DNA from: Escherichia coli | GTDB lineage: Bacteria > Pseudomonadota > Gammaproteobacteria > Enterobacterales > Enterobacteriaceae | Direction: 5' to 3' (one strand) | Assembly: GCF_044324785.1 (NCBI RefSeq) | Contig: NZ_CP172127.1 | DNA: 64,000 nucleotides | Shown here: positions 12,677 through 23,338 of the stretch, piece by piece | How the letters are laid out: each line of letters begins with the position of its first letter | Numbering within the stretch: position 1 is the stretch's first letter | Translations under genes and position numbers: made by a program | Notes under the pieces: model-generated | Database searches by the model: none | Told to the model about the DNA's origin: nothing | Seen by the model: only the letters and a program-made list of their open reading frames with translations

Positions 12677-13452
12677 TTTTCAGGATAATCTATTGGGGGG
12701 AGGGGATCTTTTCCTCTAAATCTAATTGCACCCACGCCTTGTTTGTCAGACCATTCGCCATTTGCATCCTGACGATACCAGTGATAATCCCCACCCATTC
12801 CTATAAAATTGTGAGGACGAATAAACAATTGAGCTTTATGGTAACCAGATGGACAACTCCCATTATCTAAATCCTTGGCACCATCATTTTTTGACGCTTC
12901 AAAAATACTACTACAAGTGAGTTTAGAAAACTCTTTTCCAGATAATTCTCCAGGTTGTAATCCTCCGCCGCCAAAAATCCTACTCCCAGGATTTCCATAC
13001 CTATTTAGAGCATATGAATAGCAATTATTTACGGCAAGATAATACGCATCTGAATTTAGTTCTCGATTGAATACTGGAGCAGGTTTATCAATTAAGCCCA
13101 GCGGATCAATAGAATAGGTTGGATGTATGGAAGCATATACATACTGATTCCACCCGCCTTCCAGCCCAATCGGATCCTGAGTGATATACCGCCCCTGCAG
13201 CGGGTCATAATAGCGGTGGCGGTTGTAATACAGGCCGGACTCCTCATCATACTGCTGCCCCGGCAGACGGATAAGCTGCTGCAGGTGCTGCGGGTTCTCT
13301 TCATTCAGCAGGTTGCCCCATTCATCATATTCTGCGCACCATTCTGTTGCCCCGTCAGGGCTGATAAGCGTCAGCGGCAGGCCGCGATAGTCGCAGTGGT
13401 AGAGGTGGATTATTCGCAGTGATCTATATGCCAACGTCATCTTATTTTTCAT
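12649..13452 (-). CDS. Orphan Rhs C-terminal fragment (core remnant + DPLGL + variable toxin domain)
   Basis: N-terminal ~115 aa nearly identical to the end of the RhsC core; DPLGL boundary encoded at 13093..13107; downstream ~147 aa unique AT-rich sequence; lacks the remainder of the Rhs core. Confidence 0.6.
13161..13410. repeat. Direct repeat copy A of Rhs core 3' end
   Basis: About 250 bp that aligns in register with 14481..14730, with roughly 18 mismatches by eye. Confidence 0.8.
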
Positions 13453-13504
13453 CTACTCCAACGAGTAGACAAGTTTTTTATTAAACCATTTATACCTTTT
13501 ACGA

Positions 13505-14008
13505 TTAAATTTTCTTATGTAATAGAGGTGAATAATCTTCCCAAAAATCCATACAAGCTTTACTTGCATAAAAGAATCCAGCGTCTGATTCATAAGACAT
13601 AAACTGTGCAATAATAGATAGTTGTATATCTGAAAAATTAAAAACAAAATTCAAAAAATCATCGTGATCCCGATACTCAGGACATAAATATTGTTGAATA
13701 AAATCGGATTCAAAAACCCAAAAATCATTCTTATTAAACAACGAGGCATAAATATACAGAGGGATGTAATAGCAGAATACTTTCTCAGGGAGGAATGTAA
13801 TTCCTAACTCTAAAGCATAAGAGTCATCCTTTATTTTAAAATTGTTGGCTATTTCATTCCATTGTTTCTTTTGGAAAAAATTATATACAATATCCAGTTC
13901 CTCCAGCCCTGTAATATCATTTGAAATATGAGGTAATGGCTGGCATGGGAAATGAATCATAAGTTCATCATAGACTGCACTCTCGTTAGAGAAAATTATT
14001 TTTTTCAT
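13505..14008 (-). CDS. Candidate RhsC immunity protein (RhsI-like), cytoplasmic
   Basis: ORF 13505..14026; ATG at 14008 overlaps rhsC stop as ATGA; no signal peptide; strongly AT-rich. Confidence 0.55.
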   Translation of the reverse strand: MKKIIFSNESAVYDELMIHFPCQPLPHISNDITGLEELDIVYNFFQKKQWNEIANNFKIKDDSYALELGITFLPEKVFCYYIPLYIYASLFNKNDFWVFESDFIQQYLCPEYRDHDDFLNFVFNFSDIQLSIIAQFMSYESDAGFFYASKACMDFWEDYSPLLHKKI

Positions 14009-17000
14009 TTTATTAAGCCACTGCAATCAGCTGCTGTTTTATATGCTTTATTCTCTTCTTCCATATGGGCCTTATCTCCACCACCAAAGCACTGATTATT
14101 AATCTGCTTTCTGACCGAAGCGCACGCCAAATTTATCTCGTACCGTCTCAATATTTCTTTTCTCAGCATCTGAGGAGCGCAAGCTCTAGACTGGTTACAT
14201 AATCTGTTTTTTTCATTTTGTAAGTCACTCAGGTTCTGGGGACTACAGTTACCACCAGGATTTACACCTGACTTATGTTCATCTGTTAATTTGTCGGCTT
14301 CTGGATTAACTTTACGGCCATATTGATCTCTGCGTTGTTGCCCACTTTGGATAACACCACCTGATGAAAACAAACCGCAACTCATCAGTGCTACAACACC
14401 AAGAATTAACGGATTTAACCCTTGTGGGTCTATCTCTGAGATCGGATTTAACGGATACTGATAAAAATTCCATCCCCCCTTCAGTCCAATCGGATCCTGA
14501 GTGATATACCGCCCCTTCAGCGGGTCATAATAGCGGTGGCGGTTGTAATACAGGCCGGACTCCTCATCATACTGCTGACCCGGCAGGCGGATGAGCTGCT
14601 GCAGCTGGTGCGGGTTCTCTTCATTCAGCAGGTTGCCCCATTCATCGTATTCTGCGCACCATTCTGTTGCCCCTTCCGTGCTGACAAGCGCCAGCGGCAG
14701 GCCGCGATGGTCGCAGTGGTACAGGTGGATTTTTCGCGCCGGCGTGTACACCGGGTCCATCTGGTTTTGTATCTGCTCCACCGTCAGGCCGCACGATGCC
14801 AGCCAGCGGCGGCTTTCCTCACTCACCCGGTCAGCCAGGATTTCACTTTCCAGCCGGTCGAGCATCTGCACCAGCACCGGCGGGAACACCACACTGCCAC
14901 CGTCTTCACCGCCGGACTGCTGAAGCGCATCCGCCAGGCTGCGGCGCTGCGTTTTCGCCAGCTCACCGGTGGCGGTTTCGACCCTGATGAGTGGCGTGAA
15001 GCTCCCCGGCTGATAAACCGTCTGGATGCGGGTTCTGTCGTTCTGTATCGTGGTCAGCCGGTCGCCGTCCCAGCCGTACCAGGTCACTTCCGGTTTCCGT
15101 GACAGCGACATCCAGCCCGTCAGGTCCCGTTCACGCCGCCACACCCGTTTTGCCACCCTGCGGCCCAGCGGGTCGTAAAGATAGCGACTTTCGACCAGCG
15201 GCTCTGCATATTGTGTCCGCGTGTAGTGCACCAGCCGGTGCCGGCTGTCGTAATGGTACTGGTGAGTCCGCTCATCATCCGTGCGGATAACCCCTTCCGG
15301 GATGAGGTCGGTTTTCTCTGTCAGCCTGCCGTGACGGTCATACCGGTAAAGATAGTGCGCGTCACGGGCGATACGGTTATCCGGCCACATGCTGAGGGTG
15401 CTGTCCGGGTGCAGCTCCGGGTCGGGCAGGCGGTTGCCTGCCGGGTCCGTGGCATACGGGATGCGGATATCAAGGTTCGCTGCCGTGGTGTGGACGCCGG
15501 TCAGCCTGCCGGTGTCGCTGTAGCTGTAACTCCGGGTCTGGCGCGGGCTGCTGATGCGGATGAGTTCGCCGTTGTCGTTCCAGGTGTAATCGCGGTCATA
15601 CTGCAGGCTGTTCAGGTGCTGGCTCTGTAACTGCCCGGCAGAGGTATAAGCGGTGGTGAGTTCATAACGGCCGAAGCTGCGCAGCGTTTCCCGGTGCAGG
15701 CGGTCGCGGGTATACTCCACCAGCGGTGTGTCGCCGAGTTTCATGCCTGCCAGCCAGCCGCTGCCGTAAGTCAGCCATTCCACGGCGGGCAGGCTGTCCG
15801 GTATACAGCGGTTCGCCAGCCCCTGCGCGTTGTACGCATGTCTGGTTTCATGCTGCCAGAGCAGTGCTTCCGTCTGCGGGTGATGCACCGTCTGGCGCTC
15901 ACCGGTCAGGCGGCCTTTCTCATCATACCCGTAATGCACCGTCACCCGGTGGCCTTCGCTGAGATGGCTGATGCCTGTCAGCCAGCCGCGTTCGTCATAC
16001 TGCCACTGCTCTGCAGGTTCACCCTTCACGGTACGCTGCGTGATGCGGTCTGCTTCGTCATAGTGCCAGTGGGTGACCAGCCCCTCATCCTCGCTGCGGA
16101 TAAGTTTGCCGGTCAGGTCGTGGTGATAACGCTGTGTACGGCCGTCAAAGCCGGTTTCCTGTATCAGCCGGTCGAGTACATCGTAACGGAAGGTGGTGTG
16201 GCTGCCGTTTTCACTGGTCAGGCGGATGACCCGTCCGGCAGCATCGTATTCCATACTGCGCGTCAGACCGCCCTGCGTGGTACGGATGGCCTTTCCCCAC
16301 GCATCGTACTGTGTCCCGTTTCTGCTGCCGTCCGGGGCAATGACGGCGGTCAGGTCACCGGCGGCGTTGTATTCATACCGCGTTTCATGGCCCTGCATGT
16401 CTTTCACCGCAATTAACTGTCCACGGCTGTCGTATGCGCGGTACTGGCTCAGGCCTTCCTCGCGGTGCACCGCCGTCACCTGACCAAAACGGTCATGGTC
16501 ATAACGGGTTACATAACCGGAACAGTCAGTGACGGTCAGCAACTGACCGTAACGGCTCCATGTCATGGTTTTCCGGCTGCCGGTGGCATCTTCCGTTGCG
16601 CAGGGTAAGTCACTGTGTGGATTATCATAACGGTAGCGGGTGATATCGCCGTTGTGTGCGGTTTCCTGAATCAGACGGCCGGATTCATCATATTCCCGGC
16701 GCAACTCCAGCCCGTCAGTCCCGGTGGCTGACGTTAACTGGTTGTGGTGGTTATAGTAAAACGCCGATGCCCTGCCATCCGGTGTGGTGATGCGCGTGAT
16801 GAGTCCCGTCACCACATCCGGGCTGTACTCAGTCGTCCGGCCTGCGGCATCCGTCTGTGCCTTAAGCCTGCCCACCGCGTCAAACTGACTCTGCGTGACG
16901 CTGCCGTCCGCGTGTTCCTTTTTCACCACCCGCTTCAGCCCGCCTTCGCCCTGCGTGTGCAGGACTTCACGGCGGTCCAGGCTGTCGGTGATGGTGATGT

Positions 17001-18156
17001 GGTCTTTCTCATACTGATACGTGTAGCTTAAGCCTGCCGGGTTTAGCTGTTCTGTCACCCGCCCGTCACTGTCGTAACGGTAACGGATTTCCGGCCGGCC
17101 CGTGTGACGGTGCGCCACCATCCGGCCCCGGTATTTATCATCGTAAGTAAAGCTGCGCACCTGTGTGCCGCTGCGGTCATACACCGCCGCCAGTTCGCCG
17201 CGTGGCGTCCAGCCATAGCGTACCAGCGGCGCGGCTGGCAGGTTGTCCGGATATTCCGGGTCGTGCGTCAGCCACACGGCAGACAGACGGATGCCGTTGT
17301 CCCGGCCATATTCGGTGTAACCCGGCAGGGTATCAGGAAAAGCGGACGGTTCCGCCCCGCCGGAAATGGCCTGCTGCCGGGCCTCTTCTGCCCGCAACGC
17401 CTGCGTGGTCAGTACCAGCCGGAAGTGACGCCCGGCACCATCCGTCACGCCGGTGATTTCGCCGCTGAATTCGCCGCCAGCCTCACGGTGGAACGTCTGT
17501 GTGCGCCCGAAGCGGTCCACCAGCCCGGTCAGTACCCGGTACGGCGGCAGTGGCGCAGGCAGCACCTCATCCGCCTCCGGCACCCGCTCACACCAGCCGA
17601 GTACCCACCACGGCCCCTGCGGACTGTTCGTCGCCAGATAACGATGCGGACTCAGGCGAAGCTCTTCCGGCAGCGCCTGCCAGAGTGCGGCCAGCCGGTG
17701 ACCTTCATCCAGTTTCGCCACGCCGCCGCGCACCAGCCAGAGTGACTCGCTGCGGCTGTAACCGTCCTCACCGGGAAACAGGTGCTCAAAATACAGGCTT
17801 CTGCCGCCGTTATCACTGAGTATCAGTGTGTTATCGCGCAGCTGTAAGCGGATATCCGCAGGCATTTTCCAGCCGGGGCCGAGGCTCCCCACCGGCGCGG
17901 GCGTTTTTGTCCGGTAACTGCTGTAGGTGCGGGAGAGGATGAACGGCAGCGGGCCGGGCAGGGCAAGGTCGGTTTCTCCGGGAAGGACCTTCGCACCGAG
18001 CAGCGGATTGACCGGATGGCCGGACGTCACCCCGCCGGGGCACACCGAACAGGCCACGCCGGTGGGGGCACCAATACGTACCCCGGCTGAACCCTGAACA
18101 ATGCTACCGCCATACTGCGTCATGTCGCCCTGACGCGCCGCCGGTTTTCCGCTCAT
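14005..18156 (-). CDS. rhsC: Rhs family polymorphic toxin (PAAR-like N-terminus, YD-repeat core, C-terminal toxin domain)
   Basis: 1383-aa ORF; N-terminus [25 protein letters not shown]; many YD-type repeats; DPQGL encoded at 14416..14430; position between ybgA and ybfA/kdp matches the rhsC locus. Confidence 0.9.
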   Translation of the reverse strand: MSGKPAARQGDMTQYGGSIVQGSAGVRIGAPTGVACSVCPGGVTSGHPVNPLLGAKVLPGETDLALPGPLPFILSRTYSSYRTKTPAPVGSLGPGWKMPADIRLQLRDNTLILSDNGGRSLYFEHLFPGEDGYSRSESLWLVRGGVAKLDEGHRLAALWQALPEELRLSPHRYLATNSPQGPWWVLGWCERVPEADEVLPAPLPPYRVLTGLVDRFGRTQTFHREAGGEFSGEITGVTDGAGRHFRLVLTTQALRAEEARQQAISGGAEPSAFPDTLPGYTEYGRDNGIRLSAVWLTHDPEYPDNLPAAPLVRYGWTPRGELAAVYDRSGTQVRSFTYDDKYRGRMVAHRHTGRPEIRYRYDSDGRVTEQLNPAGLSYTYQYEKDHITITDSLDRREVLHTQGEGGLKRVVKKEHADGSVTQSQFDAVGRLKAQTDAAGRTTEYSPDVVTGLITRITTPDGRASAFYYNHHNQLTSATGTDGLELRREYDESGRLIQETAHNGDITRYRYDNPHSDLPCATEDATGSRKTMTWSRYGQLLTVTDCSGYVTRYDHDRFGQVTAVHREEGLSQYRAYDSRGQLIAVKDMQGHETRYEYNAAGDLTAVIAPDGSRNGTQYDAWGKAIRTTQGGLTRSMEYDAAGRVIRLTSENGSHTTFRYDVLDRLIQETGFDGRTQRYHHDLTGKLIRSEDEGLVTHWHYDEADRITQRTVKGEPAEQWQYDERGWLTGISHLSEGHRVTVHYGYDEKGRLTGERQTVHHPQTEALLWQHETRHAYNAQGLANRCIPDSLPAVEWLTYGSGWLAGMKLGDTPLVEYTRDRLHRETLRSFGRYELTTAYTSAGQLQSQHLNSLQYDRDYTWNDNGELIRISSPRQTRSYSYSDTGRLTGVHTTAANLDIRIPYATDPAGNRLPDPELHPDSTLSMWPDNRIARDAHYLYRYDRHGRLTEKTDLIPEGVIRTDDERTHQYHYDSRHRLVHYTRTQYAEPLVESRYLYDPLGRRVAKRVWRRERDLTGWMSLSRKPEVTWYGWDGDRLTTIQNDRTRIQTVYQPGSFTPLIRVETATGELAKTQRRSLADALQQSGGEDGGSVVFPPVLVQMLDRLESEILADRVSEESRRWLASCGLTVEQIQNQMDPVYTPARKIHLYHCDHRGLPLALVSTEGATEWCAEYDEWGNLLNEENPHQLQQLIRLPGQQYDEESGLYYNRHRYYDPLKGRYITQDPIGLKGGWNFYQYPLNPISEIDPQGLNPLILGVVALMSCGLFSSGGVIQSGQQRRDQYGRKVNPEADKLTDEHKSGVNPGGNCSPQNLSDLQNEKNRLCNQSRACAPQMLRKEILRRYEINLACASVRKQINNQCFGGGDKAHMEEENKAYKTAADCSGLIK
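14481..14730. repeat. Direct repeat copy B of Rhs core 3' end (inside rhsC)
   Basis: Partner of 13161..13410. Confidence 0.8.
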
Positions 18157-18345
18157 CTGCTCATCCTTGTTTTATCGGGTTATTTGTCTGCTGACAGGCG
18201 AAACCCTACAGATTTATAAGAAAGCCTTAAGTGAGATATCCGTCAGATAGAAACAATTAGGAAAATATTTATATATGTTTCATGAATATATGTTTCGATT
18301 GGTATAACGGTGTCTAAATATTCCTCTGAACATCTTCCTGATACA

Positions 18346-18378
18346 AAAAAACCGCCAGCGTTTCCGCTGGCGGTTTTC
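18346..18378. terminator. Hairpin terminator downstream of ybfA
   Basis: A-run, CCGCCAGCG-TTTC-CGCTGGCGG, T-run; bidirectional in form. Confidence 0.55.
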
Positions 18379-18399
18379 AATGTATTCAGAACTCAGCAA

Positions 18400-18606
18400 T
18401 CAGTAAAAATCACCAGTTGCCTTTTCTGCCTGATCCATCCACACCGGTTTCTCGCTGGTTTTCGACCAGACGCGGTGCAGGTAGCTGTAAAAGCGGGCGC
18501 GGTCTTTCCAGAAAAGCATGAAAGGCAGCGCCAGAACGCCCGCTGCAACCGCATAAGTACGGCGTAAAAAGATAAGCCATGCAGGATATTCTCTGTAGAG
18601 TTCCAT
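18400..18606 (-). CDS. ybfA: Small membrane protein (DUF2517)
   Basis: 68-aa [36 protein letters not shown], divergent from kdp operon. Confidence 0.8.
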   Translation of the reverse strand: MELYREYPAWLIFLRRTYAVAAGVLALPFMLFWKDRARFYSYLHRVWSKTSEKPVWMDQAEKATGDFY

Positions 18607-18821
18607 ACTTTTCTCCCCCTTTTGTATCTACCCGGTGAGGTGAATGGCACCGGAAAAATGAATTTGTTTATCTGATGAAAATAGTACCGCCTTTTGTGTA
18701 ATTTTACTACTCATCCGACCACTTATTTTTGCTTATTGATGGTTTATTTACATTCACCGTGTAATTAAGTTACACAAAAGTTAAATTAATACTAACCATC
18801 AGTTAAATCATGGCTTTTGCC

Positions 18822-18845
18822 ATTTTTATACTTTTTTTACATCCC
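18822..18845 (+). promoter_or_regulatory. KdpE operator of the kdpFABC promoter
   Basis: CATTTTTATACTTTTTTTACATCCCGCCCG matches the T-rich KdpE-binding region as I recall it, about 80 bp upstream of kdpF. Confidence 0.55.
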
Positions 18846-18923
18846 GCCCGAAGATTTTTGCGAAATCTTTGCAGCCAGAATTCTACCCTTCCGGTATCAC
18901 TTTTAGGCCACTGGAGGTGCACT

Positions 18924-19013
18924 GTGAGTGCAGGCGTGATAGCCGGCGTGTTGCTGGTGTTTTTATTACTGGGTTATCTGGTTTATGCCCTGATCAATGC
19001 GGAGGCGTTCTGA
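18924..19013 (+). CDS. kdpF: K+-transporting ATPase small subunit KdpF
   Basis: 29-aa hydrophobic peptide (M)[28 protein letters not shown]; GTG start 6 nt after GGAGG; stop TGA overlaps kdpA ATG. Confidence 0.75.
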   Translation: MSAGVIAGVLLVFLLLGYLVYALINAEAF

Positions 19014-20686
19014 TGGCTGCGCAAGGGTTCTTACTGATTGCCACGTTTTTACTGGTGTTAATGGTGCTGGCACGTCCTTTAGGCAGCGGGCTGGCGCGGC
19101 TGATTAATGACATACCTCTTCCCGGTACAGCGGGTGTTGAACGCGTACTTTTTCGTTTACCTGGCGTCTCTGACAGTGAGATGAACTGGAAGCAGTATCT
19201 CTGTGCCATTCTCGGCCTGAACATGCTGGGGCTGGCGGTGCTGTTTTTTATGTTGCTCGGTCAGCACTATCTGCCGCTTAATCCACAGCAGTTGCCGGGG
19301 CTGTCGTGGGATCTGGCGCTGAATACTGCCGTCAGCTTTGTCACCAATACCAACTGGCAATCTTACAGCGGTGAAACCACGTTGAGCTATTTCAGCCAGA
19401 TGGCGGGCTTAACGGTGCAAAACTTTCTTTCTGCCGCCAGCGGGATTGCGGTGATTTTTGCCCTCATCCGTGCGTTTACCCGCCAGAGCATGAGCACACT
19501 CGGGAATGCCTGGGTCGATCTGTTACGCATCACGTTATGGGTGCTAGTCCCTGTGGCGTTGTTGATCGCACTGTTTTTTATTCAACAAGGTGCACTGCAA
19601 AACTTTCTGCCCTATCAGGCGGTGAATACCGTTGAAGGAGCGCAACAGCTGTTACCCATGGGTCCGGTGGCTTCTCAGGAAGCGATCAAGATGCTCGGTA
19701 CTAACGGCGGTGGCTTCTTTAATGCCAACTCGTCGCATCCGTTTGAAAACCCAACCGCACTGACCAACTTCGTGCAGATGCTGGCGATCTTCTTGATCCC
19801 AACAGCGCTGTGCTTTGCCTTTGGTGAAGTGGCAGGCGATCGCCGCCAGGGGCGCATGTTGCTGTGGGCGATGTCAGTGATTTTTGTCATCTGCGTAGGC
19901 GTGGTGATGTGGGCAGAAGTTCAGGGTAATCCTCATCTGCTGGCACTGGGTGCGGACAGCAGCATCAATATGGAAGGTAAAGAGAGCCGTTTCGGCGTGT
20001 TGGTCAGTAGCCTGTTTGCGGTCGTGACTACGGCGGCGTCCTGTGGCGCGGTGATTGCGATGCATGATTCGTTTACCGCTCTCGGCGGCATGGTGCCGAT
20101 GTGGCTGATGCAAATTGGTGAAGTGGTGTTCGGCGGTGTCGGTTCTGGTCTTTACGGCATGATGCTGTTTGTCCTGCTGGCGGTGTTTATTGCCGGGCTG
20201 ATGATTGGTCGTACGCCGGAATATCTGGGTAAAAAAATCGACGTACGCGAGATGAAACTGACCGCACTGGCGATTCTGGTCACCCCGACGCTAGTGCTGA
20301 TGGGCGCGGCGCTGGCAATGATGACCGACGCCGGACGTAGCGCCATGCTCAACCCGGGCCCGCATGGTTTTAGCGAAGTGCTGTACGCCGTGTCGTCCGC
20401 CGCTAACAACAACGGCAGCGCCTTTGCCGGATTAAGCGCCAACTCCCCATTCTGGAACTGTTTGCTGGCGTTCTGCATGTTTGTTGGTCGCTTCGGGGTG
20501 ATTATTCCGGTGATGGCAATTGCTGGTTCGCTGGTGAGTAAAAAGAGCCAACCCGCCAGCTCCGGCACACTGCCTACGCACGGCCCGCTGTTTGTTGGCC
20601 TGTTAATCGGCACCGTGTTGCTGGTTGGCGCACTGACCTTTATCCCTGCCCTGGCGCTTGGTCCGGTGGCGGAATATCTCTCCTGA
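19013..20686 (+). CDS. kdpA: K+-transporting ATPase subunit A
   Basis: Start [14 protein letters not shown] within ORF 18869..20686; 557 aa. Confidence 0.95.
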   Translation: MAAQGFLLIATFLLVLMVLARPLGSGLARLINDIPLPGTAGVERVLFRLPGVSDSEMNWKQYLCAILGLNMLGLAVLFFMLLGQHYLPLNPQQLPGLSWDLALNTAVSFVTNTNWQSYSGETTLSYFSQMAGLTVQNFLSAASGIAVIFALIRAFTRQSMSTLGNAWVDLLRITLWVLVPVALLIALFFIQQGALQNFLPYQAVNTVEGAQQLLPMGPVASQEAIKMLGTNGGGFFNANSSHPFENPTALTNFVQMLAIFLIPTALCFAFGEVAGDRRQGRMLLWAMSVIFVICVGVVMWAEVQGNPHLLALGADSSINMEGKESRFGVLVSSLFAVVTTAASCGAVIAMHDSFTALGGMVPMWLMQIGEVVFGGVGSGLYGMMLFVLLAVFIAGLMIGRTPEYLGKKIDVREMKLTALAILVTPTLVLMGAALAMMTDAGRSAMLNPGPHGFSEVLYAVSSAANNNGSAFAGLSANSPFWNCLLAFCMFVGRFGVIIPVMAIAGSLVSKKSQPASSGTLPTHGPLFVGLLIGTVLLVGALTFIPALALGPVAEYLS

Positions 20687-20708
20687 TGATATTGAGTGAG
20701 CACTGAAT

Positions 20709-22757
20709 ATGAGTCGTAAACAACTGGCGCTATTCGAACCAACACTTGTCGTTCAGGCGCTGAAAGAAGCGGTGAAAAAATTAAACCCGCAGGCGCAATG
20801 GCGCAATCCGGTGATGTTTATCGTCTGGATCGGCAGTCTGTTAACCACCTTTATTAGCATCGCGATGGCAAGCGGTGCGATGCCTGGCAATGCGCTGTTT
20901 AGCGCGGCAATTAGCGGCTGGCTGTGGGTCACCGTACTGTTCGCTAATTTCGCCGAGGCGCTGGCAGAAGGCCGCAGTAAAGCGCAGGCCAACAGTCTGA
21001 AAGGGGTGAAAAAAACTGCCTTTGCCCGCAAGCTTCGTGAGCCGAAATATGGCGCTGCGGCAGACAAAGTTCCTGCCGATCAACTGCGTAAAGGCGATAT
21101 CGTACTGGTGGAAGCTGGCGATATTATCCCCTGCGATGGTGAAGTCATTGAAGGGGGCGCATCGGTCGATGAAAGCGCCATCACCGGGGAATCGGCACCG
21201 GTGATCCGTGAATCCGGCGGCGATTTTGCCTCCGTCACTGGCGGCACGCGTATTCTTTCTGACTGGCTGGTGATTGAGTGTAGCGTTAACCCCGGCGAGA
21301 CATTTCTGGATCGGATGATCGCGATGGTGGAAGGCGCACAGCGACGTAAAACGCCGAACGAGATTGCCCTGACCATCCTGCTGATTGCCCTGACTATCGT
21401 CTTTTTACTGGCAACCGCCACGCTGTGGCCGTTTTCCGCGTGGGGCGGTAATGCAGTCAGCGTAACGGTACTGGTGGCGCTGCTGGTCTGTCTGATCCCA
21501 ACCACTATTGGCGGCCTGTTGTCAGCGATCGGCGTCGCCGGGATGAGCCGGATGCTGGGCGCGAATGTGATTGCCACCAGCGGACGTGCAGTTGAAGCGG
21601 CGGGTGACGTTGACGTCCTGCTACTGGATAAAACCGGCACCATCACACTCGGTAACCGTCAGGCGTCGGAGTTTATCCCCGCGCAAGGCGTGGATGAAAA
21701 AACGCTGGCTGACGCCGCACAACTGGCTTCGCTGGCTGATGAAACGCCAGAAGGCCGCAGTATTGTGATCCTCGCCAAGCAGCGTTTTAACCTGCGCGAG
21801 CGCGATGTGCAGTCGCTCCATGCCACCTTTGTACCGTTTACTGCGCAAAGCCGGATGAGCGGGATCAACATCGACAACCGCATGATCCGTAAAGGTTCTG
21901 TCGATGCCATTCGCCGCCATGTTGAGGCTAACGGTGGTCACTTCCCTGCCGATGTTGATCAAAAAGTCGATCAGGTTGCGCGTCAGGGAGCCACGCCGCT
22001 GGTGGTGGTGGAAGGTTCCCGCGTGCTGGGCGTTATTGCGCTGAAAGATATCGTTAAAGGCGGTATTAAAGAGCGCTTCGCCCAACTGCGCAAAATGGGC
22101 ATTAAAACGGTGATGATTACCGGCGATAACCGTCTGACTGCCGCTGCGATTGCTGCGGAAGCGGGCGTCGATGATTTCCTCGCTGAAGCGACACCGGAGG
22201 CCAAGCTGGCACTGATCCGTCAGTATCAGGCGGAAGGCCGTTTGGTGGCGATGACCGGCGACGGCACCAACGATGCTCCGGCGCTGGCGCAGGCAGATGT
22301 CGCGGTGGCGATGAACTCCGGTACTCAGGCGGCGAAAGAAGCGGGCAATATGGTGGATCTCGACTCTAACCCGACCAAGTTGATCGAGGTGGTACATATT
22401 GGCAAACAGATGCTGATGACCCGTGGCTCGCTGACCACCTTCAGCATTGCCAACGATGTGGCGAAATACTTCGCCATTATTCCGGCGGCGTTCGCGGCAA
22501 CGTATCCGCAGTTAAATGCGCTGAACATCATGCGCCTGCATTCGCCCGACTCCGCCATTCTCAGTGCGGTCATTTTCAACGCCTTGATTATCGTCTTTTT
22601 GATTCCCCTGGCGTTAAAAGGCGTGAGTTATAAACCGCTTACCGCTTCTGCCATGTTGCGCCGTAACTTATGGATTTACGGTCTGGGTGGGCTGCTGGTG
22701 CCATTTATTGGTATCAAAGTCATTGATTTACTGCTGACCGTTTGCGGTCTGGTGTGA
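20709..22757 (+). CDS. kdpB: K+-transporting P-type ATPase subunit B
   Basis: 682-aa ORF with P-type ATPase motifs (DKTGTIT at the phosphorylation site, [11 protein letters not shown]). Confidence 0.95.
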   Translation: MSRKQLALFEPTLVVQALKEAVKKLNPQAQWRNPVMFIVWIGSLLTTFISIAMASGAMPGNALFSAAISGWLWVTVLFANFAEALAEGRSKAQANSLKGVKKTAFARKLREPKYGAAADKVPADQLRKGDIVLVEAGDIIPCDGEVIEGGASVDESAITGESAPVIRESGGDFASVTGGTRILSDWLVIECSVNPGETFLDRMIAMVEGAQRRKTPNEIALTILLIALTIVFLLATATLWPFSAWGGNAVSVTVLVALLVCLIPTTIGGLLSAIGVAGMSRMLGANVIATSGRAVEAAGDVDVLLLDKTGTITLGNRQASEFIPAQGVDEKTLADAAQLASLADETPEGRSIVILAKQRFNLRERDVQSLHATFVPFTAQSRMSGINIDNRMIRKGSVDAIRRHVEANGGHFPADVDQKVDQVARQGATPLVVVEGSRVLGVIALKDIVKGGIKERFAQLRKMGIKTVMITGDNRLTAAAIAAEAGVDDFLAEATPEAKLALIRQYQAEGRLVAMTGDGTNDAPALAQADVAVAMNSGTQAAKEAGNMVDLDSNPTKLIEVVHIGKQMLMTRGSLTTFSIANDVAKYFAIIPAAFAATYPQLNALNIMRLHSPDSAILSAVIFNALIIVFLIPLALKGVSYKPLTASAMLRRNLWIYGLGGLLVPFIGIKVIDLLLTVCGLV

Positions 22758-22765
22758 GGTTTACC

Positions 22766-23338
22766 ATGCGTGGATTACGTCCGGCATTATCGACATTTAT
22801 CTTTCTGTTATTGATTACTGGCGGCGTTTACCCGCTGCTGACCACCGCGCTGGGGCAATGGTGGTTTCCCTGGCAGGCCAACGGTTCGTTGATCCGTGAA
22901 GGTGATACGGTGCGCGGTTCGGCATTAATCGGGCAGAATTTTTCCGGCAACGGCTATTTTCATGGTCGCCCGTCGGCAACGGCAGAAATGCCCTATAATC
23001 CACAGGCTTCTGGCGGGAGCAATCTGGCGGTCAGTAACCCTGAGCTGGATAAACTAATAGCCGCACGCGTTGCTGCATTACGGGCCGCTAACCCGGATGC
23101 CAGCGCGAACGTTCCGGTTGAACTGGTGACGGCATCGGCAAGCGGGCTGGACAATAACATCACCCAGCAAGCGGCGGCCTGGCAGATCCCACGCGTGGCG
23201 AAAGCGCGTAATCTCAGCGTTGAACAGCTCACGCAACTGATCGCAAAATACAGCCAACAACCGCTGGTGAAATATATCGGCCAGCCGGTCGTCAACATTG
23301 TCGAACTCAATCTGGCGCTGGATAAGCTTGATGAATAA
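22766..23338 (+). CDS. kdpC: K+-transporting ATPase subunit C
   Basis: ATG at 22766 after GAGGT RBS; 190 aa; single N-terminal TM segment. Confidence 0.9.
   Translation: MRGLRPALSTFIFLLLITGGVYPLLTTALGQWWFPWQANGSLIREGDTVRGSALIGQNFSGNGYFHGRPSATAEMPYNPQASGGSNLAVSNPELDKLIAARVAALRAANPDASANVPVELVTASASGLDNNITQQAAAWQIPRVAKARNLSVEQLTQLIAKYSQQPLVKYIGQPVVNIVELNLALDKLDE

Noticed and set aside
13453-13647. 64-aa minus-strand ORF overlapping the start of the candidate immunity gene
   Set aside because: Out-of-frame overlap in extremely AT-rich DNA; likely spurious. The longer 167-aa frame coupled to the rhsC stop is preferred.
12006-14420. Possibility that the AT-rich Rhs tip region contains an IS element or H-repeat transposase
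   Set aside because: No transposase-like ORF and no terminal inverted repeats were seen; the ORFs present are small toxin/immunity-type proteins.
14536-17745. Multiple long plus-strand ORFs (e.g. 14536..15102, 15694..16416, 17104..17745) inside the rhsC region
   Set aside because: They lie antisense to the 1383-aa Rhs ORF in GC-rich repetitive DNA where long open frames arise by chance; no RBS or recognisable domains. The coding gene is rhsC on the minus strand.
18310-18650. 85-aa ORFs on both strands overlapping ybfA
   Set aside because: Only the 68-aa minus-strand frame matches a known small protein (YbfA); the others overlap it out of frame and lack start signals.
21621-22397. 258-aa minus-strand ORF inside kdpB, and other antisense ORFs in kdpA/kdpD (e.g. 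20152..20745, 23649..24074)
   Set aside because: Antisense shadow ORFs within conserved kdp genes; no independent support.
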